In this document: positions 57,700 through 64,000 of the stretch, in pieces
Position numbering within the stretch: the stretch's first letter is position 1
Layout: each line of letters opens with the position of its first letter
Assembly: GCF_000142905.1 (NCBI RefSeq)
Contig: NW_013657673.1
Coordinates: 310,001 to 374,000 of the forward strand
Length of the DNA: 64,000 nt
Reading direction: 5' to 3'
Source of the DNA: Thecamonas trahens ATCC 50062
Taxonomy: Eukaryota; Protista; Apusomonadida
The notes under the pieces: generated by a model
Databases searched by the model: none
What the model was told of the DNA's origin: nothing
What the model saw: the letters and a program-made list of their open reading frames with translations, nothing else
Translations under genes and position numbers: made by a program

Positions 57700-60360
57700 A
57701 TGGGCAGGCGCAGACGGAGGAAGAAGAAGGCCGGCGGAGCAGCGGCGGCGACCGGGACCCCGGGTGGGCTTGATGCTGGAGGTGGTTGGCAAGGTCAAGG
57801 TGGACACGCTGGTGATTCGAGTGGGAAAAGGAGAAAGACCAGTAGTGGTCTGTCAAAGGGTGAGGCCGCAGCAACCGCAGCGGCGGCAAAGGCCGCAGCC
57901 TCGGATCCTTTGGCCAACTATGAGCCGGTCCCGCTGGCAGCCGAGGACGAGCGGCGGAAGGGCAACAAGCAGTACCACCGCAAGAACTACGCCGCAGCAG
58001 TGTACCACTACACTCGATCTATTTCCGGCGCCGCTAAGAACCCATCGTTCCTCGGCGTGCTCTTTGCCAATCGCGCTGCTGCCCACATTGGGCTCAAGCA
58101 TTACCAGGCTTGCGTCGACGACTGCACCGCAGCGCTCTCGCTAGACCCCAAGTCGGTCAAGGCCCATGGGCGCCGCGCGTACGCGCTGTACTCACTCAAG
58201 CGGTACGCCGACGCTGTGGCCGACTACGAGGCTGTCCTCAAGCTCGATCCCGACAACGTGCAAGTCCGCGACAACCTCGAGTGCGCGCTCCGCCAGCTGG
58301 ACTTGGCATCCAAGCGCGACGTTGCCGGCGGCCTGAGCGCCAAGGCCAAGGGCGGTGGGGGTAAGCGGACGCGGACGCCGTCGGGCGGGTCGAAGCGCGA
58401 CCACGACCGACCGCCGCTGCCGCCGCTGGAGCGCATCCCACTCGCCTCGTGCTCGACGTCTGTCTACGCGCTGGCATGCCTTGAAGCTGCTGCACCGGAC
58501 CCCGAGACGCTCATCTACCCGATTGCGCTCGACGCAGCGGCCGCCGCTGGCGCCAGCCACAGTTTGGCGGCCGATGCCAAGGCCTCGCCGGCGGTGCTCG
58601 ACTGGATGGCGTCGTCGCTGTATGCGTTGCACTACCCGTACGGTCCGATGAGCGGAGGCAACGTCGGCGCAGCGCCGGCTCCAGCTGAAGAGCTCGTGCC
58701 TGTTCCGGCAGCGAGCACAGGCCGCGGAGCCGGCGGCGACGGTGCGCTGCCGCGGCCGGGCCGCGAACGTACGCTGTCGGGCGGTGCCGAGACGTCGCGA
58801 AGCCGGCGGCGCGGGCGCAACAAGCGTCGGTCGTCGACCGGGAGCTCAGCCAAGGCTGACGGTGACGGCGGCGACGGCAATGACGGCAGTGGCGGCGATG
58901 GCGGTGGCGGCGACGATGGGCCGCGGGCGTCGGTCCTAGTTCCGGTCAGCGACGCCAACGTTGCCCGGGCCATGGCCATCAAGGTCGAGGGCAACAGCCG
59001 CTTTGCGGTCGGTGACCTTGACGCGGCGCTCGAGCACTACACCCGTGCGATTGAGATCAACCCCAACGAGGGTGTGTTTTACTCGAACCGGGCCCAGGTC
59101 CACCTCAAGCAGGAGTCGTACTACGATGCCATCCATGACTGTGCCAAGTCGATTGAGCGCGGGCCAACGTTCAAGGCGTACCTGCGGCGGGCCAAGGCTT
59201 GGCACGCGCTGCGGGCGTTTGAGGAGGCCTCGCGCGACTATGTCACTGCGTTGCGGTACGGAGCGCGGTACTCGGACGTGCGGCCTGGCCTCGAGCAGTG
59301 CCTGTACGAGATCGAGATGGGCTTCTTTGAGACGTACGCCATGAACACGGGCGTTGACACGACGCTCGTTCAGCTCATCCACTACGTTCAGTCCAAGATG
59401 TCGGGCATGGCGTACGACGTTGGCGCCATCGACAAGCACGACATCGAGCGGCTGGCGTCGTGCGTGTACTCGATCTGCGAGGTTGCTGCAGAGTTTCCGT
59501 TTTGGGACTACGAGGACGAGACCGCAGTGCCAGTCGCGGCCGAGGCGCCGGCGCCCGCCGGCGAAGACTCGCCGTGGACGCTCTCGACCTTTCTCAAGAT
59601 GGCGCTCGACTCGGAGCTTTCGGCCGGGCTCGACCTCTCGTCGTGGGAGCAAAACCCGCGGTTGGTCGCGATCATGGACGACTACATCCGCCGCGGTGTG
59701 ATTATCGACGACCGGACTCAGGCCAAGGACGGCACTGCTGGCCGGCCCAGCAATGCAGCAGCGCCTGAAGCCAGCACCGCTGCGGCCGCGCCGCCGCGGA
59801 TCAGTGCTGCTGCGTCGGCTGCACTCGGCGCCGCCCTCCTCGGAGCCAATCGCGGACTCAACTCGGGCGAGATCCCGCTGTCGTCGGACGACATCCAGGC
59901 CTTTGTCTCGCTCCTCACCGAGTCGGCAATGTGTGCAGCGTTTTCGGTTGTGGCCGACTTTCTGGAAGTTGCCATTCCAGACGCATCGGACGACTCGCAG
60001 TTTCTTGCGCTCGTCAACGAGACCTCACACTTTCAGGCCGACGAACCGCTGCGCGTGGCGTTCCAGGCTGCCCAGACGATGCTCAAGATGAAGGGCGGAG
60101 GCGAGGCGCTCGCGCCCGAGGCCATTGTCAGCAAGCTCAACAAGGTGCTTGTGGCTCAGCCGCCGCCGGCCATGCTCGAGGCTAACTACGTCCGCGCTCT
60201 GGTCTACCTCGTCCGGGCTCATGCCAAGGGTCCTGTTCCGGACGTCAGCGACCTGCGGCTTGCCGCCGAGTGCGAGCCTGAGTCGGCCTTTGTCCAGGGC
60301 CTCATTCTTGCGGCCCAGAAGCAGGCCGAGCTCCGTGACATCCGCCCGGATCGGCGTTGA
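57700..60360 (+). CDS. Protein with two 3-TPR clusters (carboxylate-clamp-type Hsp70/90 co-chaperone; TOMM34/SPAG1/RPAP3-like architecture)
   Basis: RRKGNKQY...FANRAAAH...KAHGRRA and KVEGNSRF...YSNRAQVH...KAYLRRA; the C-terminal half is unrecognised. Confidence 0.8.
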   Translation: MGRRRRRKKKAGGAAAATGTPGGLDAGGGWQGQGGHAGDSSGKRRKTSSGLSKGEAAATAAAAKAAASDPLANYEPVPLAAEDERRKGNKQYHRKNYAAAVYHYTRSISGAAKNPSFLGVLFANRAAAHIGLKHYQACVDDCTAALSLDPKSVKAHGRRAYALYSLKRYADAVADYEAVLKLDPDNVQVRDNLECALRQLDLASKRDVAGGLSAKAKGGGGKRTRTPSGGSKRDHDRPPLPPLERIPLASCSTSVYALACLEAAAPDPETLIYPIALDAAAAAGASHSLAADAKASPAVLDWMASSLYALHYPYGPMSGGNVGAAPAPAEELVPVPAASTGRGAGGDGALPRPGRERTLSGGAETSRSRRRGRNKRRSSTGSSAKADGDGGDGNDGSGGDGGGGDDGPRASVLVPVSDANVARAMAIKVEGNSRFAVGDLDAALEHYTRAIEINPNEGVFYSNRAQVHLKQESYYDAIHDCAKSIERGPTFKAYLRRAKAWHALRAFEEASRDYVTALRYGARYSDVRPGLEQCLYEIEMGFFETYAMNTGVDTTLVQLIHYVQSKMSGMAYDVGAIDKHDIERLASCVYSICEVAAEFPFWDYEDETAVPVAAEAPAPAGEDSPWTLSTFLKMALDSELSAGLDLSSWEQNPRLVAIMDDYIRRGVIIDDRTQAKDGTAGRPSNAAAPEASTAAAAPPRISAAASAALGAALLGANRGLNSGEIPLSSDDIQAFVSLLTESAMCAAFSVVADFLEVAIPDASDDSQFLALVNETSHFQADEPLRVAFQAAQTMLKMKGGGEALAPEAIVSKLNKVLVAQPPPAMLEANYVRALVYLVRAHAKGPVPDVSDLRLAAECEPESAFVQGLILAAQKQAELRDIRPDRR

Positions 60361-60391
60361 GCGAGCAGCCCAGGAGTACTGCACAATCTGC

Positions 60392-60593
60392 CAAGCCACG
60401 TTGCGGGTTGTCGTTCATTGCGCAGCAGCAGCAACCACAACCGCGAGCTACGAAAGAAAGTACACGCCGCTACGGCAGCAAGTTGTTCCTCGTTGCGCAA
60501 CAGAACCAAACCCAACAGACCACAGCCAGGCACCATATCAAGCCACGTTGCGGGTTGTCGTTCATTGCGCAGCAGCAGCAACCACAACCGCGA
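60392..60593. repeat. 55-bp perfect direct repeat (60392-60446, 60539-60593) with a degenerate 35-nt core copy between (60482-60516)
   Basis: CAAGCCACGTTGCGGGTTGTCGTTCATTGCGCAGCAGCAGCAACCACAACCGCGA occurs twice; the middle copy matches the core at 26/35. Confidence 0.9.
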
Positions 60594-60599
60594 TCCAGA

Positions 60600-61977
60600 C
60601 TACAGGCACTTGCGGTGGAGAATGCTCTTGCCCTCCTCCTGATACTCCTCGGACGAGATCCACATCTTCTTAAAGGTGGCGAGCGAGGCGAGGATAGAAC
60701 CGCCGATCCAGGCCGAGTAGGCGCGCTCGGGCGGGGCGGCGATGCGGATCTTGACGTCCTTAGGAGCGAGCTCCTTGACCTCCTTGAGCAGGCGGTTGCC
60801 AAAGCCGCGGAAGAGGGTGGAGCCGCCAGCGAGCACCATGTGCGAGTACAGGGTTTTCCTCAGGTCCATGTCGCAGTTGGTGATGGACGAGACAACAATC
60901 TCGTGGACGCCCTCGTACTCGGAGCCGATCAACTCTGGGTTGAACAGCACCTCGGGCGCGCGGAACCGCTCCGGCCCGATCTCCATGACCGAGCCATCGG
61001 GCAGGGTGTACGACTGCAGGGTGTGTCCGCGGTCGAGCTCGAGCGACTCCTCCTTCTTGGGATTGTACGAGACCTTGCAGAGCGCCTCCTTGAGCGACCG
61101 GACCGCCAGCATTTCCGCCGAAGTGTGGAAGGCGTACCCGGCCTTGCGCAGCAGCCGCACCAGATGCCGAGTAATGTCGCGCCCTCCCAGGTCAATTCTA
61201 GAGATGGCGTGCGGCATGGCAAAGCCCTCGTAGATAGGCACGGCCGTCGTCACGCCCTCGCCACAGTCCAGGACCATGCCGGTCGTCTTGCCCGACGCGT
61301 ACAGCGAGAGCACGGCCTGCATCGACACAAACAGGGCCGGAACGTTGTATGTCTCAAAGAACAGCTCTGCTGCCTCCTCCCGGTTTGCCCGCGGGTTGAG
61401 CGGCGACTCGGTGAGAAGCACAGGATGCTCCTGCGAGTGAATCTTGAGCTCCTCGTTGTAGATGTGCGACCAGAGCCGCTGCATGTCTGCCCAGTCGTTG
61501 ACGATGCCATGCTCCATCGGGTATCGCACCTTGAGCAGCCCACGCAGATCGTCCGCCCGCCCTCCCACAAAGTGATCTCCCTCCACAGCCCCTGCCATCA
61601 GCCGCACGTGCTTGGGCGTCCCCACGTAGTTGGAGAACGCCACAGACGGCAGCTCGTCGCCAGCAAACCCAGCCTTCAGCACCCCGGTCCCCTACCCACA
61701 CCCATGCCCCCCCAAACCCACACCCACACCCACAGACATAGCATGTCAGTCACTTCAGTCATCTCCCTGCCTCCTTCCCCCTCCGGCTCTCTCCCCCGCC
61801 CCCCCCTTCCGCGGCCAGTGGCCGCATCGCCCGCGCCTGTTTTTTCTCCCGCGCCACCCCACCCACCCCCACCTTCCCCCCTCGGTCACACACGGGATAC
61901 CCCCCCCACACACACACAACACACACACTGTTCCGTACATTGTCAATGACCACGGGCTGGTTGTACCCCTCGGCCAT
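60600..61977 (-). CDS. ACTR1: Actin-related protein 1 (centractin, dynactin filament); exons 61977-61939 and 61691-60600
   Basis: [19 protein letters not shown] after splicing; [32 protein letters not shown] and [16 protein letters not shown] are Arp1-type signatures. Confidence 0.93.
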
Positions 61978-62218
61978 GTGCGGTACCTGTCGGTGAGCAG
62001 TGAGCCAGGTGTAGCCCACTGTCGTAGTTGTCGAGGGTGGGGCGGGGGGGGGGGGGGGGGAGGGTGGCGGGGTGGGGGCTGACGGCGCATTGGCCTACGG
62101 GTGGCAGGATGGCATCTAGCACCGTGGGGGGATTCCAGAGAGGTATGCGGAGGGAGATGACTGGTTGGTGGAGGGATTGGAGGTGCTACGTTTATCAGAG
62201 GTGATGATGATCAATCAA

Positions 62219-63029
62219 TCAGTACTTGCCCTCGCGCTTGTCCTGGCCAAACAGCGAGGCGTCGCCCCACGGGAAGGCGCGCTTGCGGCGCTCCTGGAAG
62301 GCGTAGAGGGGAGCATCCGAGTGATGGTGGTCATGCGAGAAGTGACGCATGGCCACGTATGCGGTGACAACACCAAGCGCAGCAAGGCCGCCCTTGGAGT
62401 ACATCTTCCACGCGGAAGCATGGTCTGCACCCTCGAGCCGCAACAGCCGAGCCGACCCCCCGCCAAGAACCACCGCCACACAACAAGCCCCAGGGTAAGT
62501 AAACCACTTCAAACACCCTCACTGCATGTCGCCATCCACATGGCGTCCTCCTCTGCCGCCTGATGCCTTGGCCCTTGCCGATTCAGCCTCTCCGTCTCGC
62601 GGCTGCTGCGTCATGGCCGCCAATGATCGCCCGGTGGGGTCGAGTTGGGTCGCACGCCGTGGCAGCCACTTCTGGAGAGCAATCCCATACAGAGCGCTAC
62701 AACTTCCACTCGAGGTAACCATGGCTGTGTACTTTTCTTGTACGAGAGTAGGTACCACCTCCAGAAGCACACCTCGCGCTATCCCCATAGCAACACGTCG
62801 GCGGGCGGGCTGGACGACTAATTTTTGGCCATCACACGCCACTTGGCCCTCGACCCACAGCCAAAGGAAAGCAGGTGGGGGAGGGGGAAGGGAGGGGGGG
62901 AGGGAGGGAGGGGAGGGGGGGGGGAGGTGGGAAGGGAGAGGACAACGTACGAGCAGCCTCAGCGGCAGAGCCGGACATCATCCGGACGGCAGGGACGGCA
63001 GAAGCCGCAGCACGACGAACGAAAGCCAT
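62219..63029 (-). CDS. COX6A: Cytochrome c oxidase subunit 6A (Cox13-like); exons 63029-62951 and 62424-62219
   Basis: Presequence MAFVRRAAASAVPAVRMMSG; splicing GTACGT...CAG gives AEAAHHASAWKMYS, then a TM helix, a His-rich stretch and Y...R.R.FPWGD..LF. Confidence 0.8.
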
Positions 63030-63355
63030 TGTTGACAAGAGGGGGAGAAAAGTGCTGTTCGCGGAGGAGGGGTGGGGGAGGGGGGCGGTTTGAGAGCAAG
63101 CCGTGGCATGGCTAGAGCGCATCTGACAGGTTCAGCACAGCATTGGAGGTGATGATACTGGCGTAGTTGGATGCGGTTGATTTGTGCGGCAAGGCAAGCT
63201 TGGCCGATGGCATGTCTTGGGCCTTGGGCGCGCCAGGATGAGAAACGAGTCGCCGGCAGCAAGGGCGGCGCAAGGCGGGAGGCAGTCAGCGCGACGATCG
63301 GCAGACTCATGGCCGCATCATGGCCGCATCCGAAAGGACAGGCAAGAGCAGCTAG

Positions 63356-64000
63356 CTAAAGAAGAAACCACGAGATAATGGTGAACGGAGTGAGCCAGAG
63401 ATGGTGGAGGAGAAGCTTGGTCGCGATGACTGGGTAGCGGTCGTGGTCGAGGTACGAGTCCATGTACGTCTTCTCCCCATACACCCGGTGCGCTGCCTCT
63501 TGAACGATAAACGCGCCGATGACCAGCCCGGCAGCCTGCCAGAACTGCATGTAGTGGGCGAGGCTTCGCGATGGAAGGCAAAAGACAACAAGGAACGGGA
63601 CGACGACGATGACCGCAGAGAGGAACGCAACTTGAGGCGCATGCGCCTCGACAGTGTAGCGGACAACGAGAACGAGTCCAGCGATGACGGCTGCCGATCC
63701 AGACCGAGAGACGAGGCCAACAAGACCAAGAGCGCCCCCCATGCCCAGTGCCACAGTGGCCAGATGGACATAGACATTCCCGGCGTGGCGATGGAACTGC
63801 GTGTAGTCGGCGCCAAGTGCGGTAAAGCTCGCCCACGATGCCGCTTCGATATGGGCATCGGTGACCTTGAGCGCGAGCACAAGGCCACAGGCGACGACGT
63901 GACCGGCGACAAGCCCACTCCATTTGGCCTTGAACGTTGGCGAGAGAAGCAGGACAATCAAGCCAGCAACTGTGCCGGCGATCTCAGGGTGCGGGACATC
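63356..64000 (-). CDS. Multi-pass membrane protein with DUF962/Mpo1-like His motifs; 5' part lies outside the window
   Basis: YTQFHRHAGNVYVHLATV and IVQEAAHRVYGE motifs with hydrophobic helices; frame open to the window edge. Confidence 0.6.
   Translation of the reverse strand, partial: DVPHPEIAGTVAGLIVLLLSPTFKAKWSGLVAGHVVACGLVLALKVTDAHIEAASWASFTALGADYTQFHRHAGNVYVHLATVALGMGGALGLVGLVSRSGSAAVIAGLVLVVRYTVEAHAPQVAFLSAVIVVVPFLVVFCLPSRSLAHYMQFWQAAGLVIGAFIVQEAAHRVYGEKTYMDSYLDHDRYPVIATKLLLHHLWLTPFTIISWFLL

Noticed and set aside
60392-60593. SECIS element in the ARP1 3' UTR (ATGA...AA...GA on the minus strand)
   Set aside because: The spacing does not allow the SECIS stem, and neither flanking gene has an in-frame TGA.
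62630-62860. Intron-encoded RNase P/MRP RNA or U4atac/U11
   Set aside because: Only short scattered similarities (ACCCAAC, TGGAA, CTTTTCTTG). The conserved CR-I motif and U6atac-pairing layout are absent. Kept only as an unclassified ncRNA candidate.

Overview
GC-rich, gene-dense, intron-poor eukaryotic nuclear DNA from a protist draft assembly with two 100-N gaps. The style fits an apusomonad such as Thecamonas trahens, but that is inference and not verified. About 26 protein genes can be reconstructed: USP40-like deubiquitinase, URI1, NAK kinase, RBM5/10-like G-patch protein, UBA2, myristoylated LRR-PP2C, MORN protein, TRRAP, NDP-glucose 4,6-dehydratase, bacterial-type aminotransferase, acyl-CoA oxidase, Derlin, COX11, neurochondrin, Rab11-like GTPase, GPCPD1, a retropepsin-like protein, CDC123, an XPR1/SYG1-like SPX-EXS protein, a double-TPR protein, ARP1, COX6A, a DUF962-like protein and several hypotheticals. 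Main observations: (1) All 10 reconstructable introns sit near gene 5' ends, start GTANG(T), and carry ACTCAC-type elements (never ACTAAC) where the branch point is expected; most lack a polypyrimidine tract. (2) About 12 single-base frameshifts interrupt otherwise intact genes, mostly at short homopolymers, so probably sequencing error. (3) A structured segment with an Sm-site-like motif lies antisense within the COX6A intron. (4) Several unusual proteins: a putatively mitochondrial membrane-anchored retropepsin, an SPX domain lacking its basic ligand-binding residues, a NAK-ANTH fusion, and a UBA insert in USP40. (5) Intergenic repeat elements and a 22% GC island. No rRNA, tRNA or true CRISPR array was recognised.
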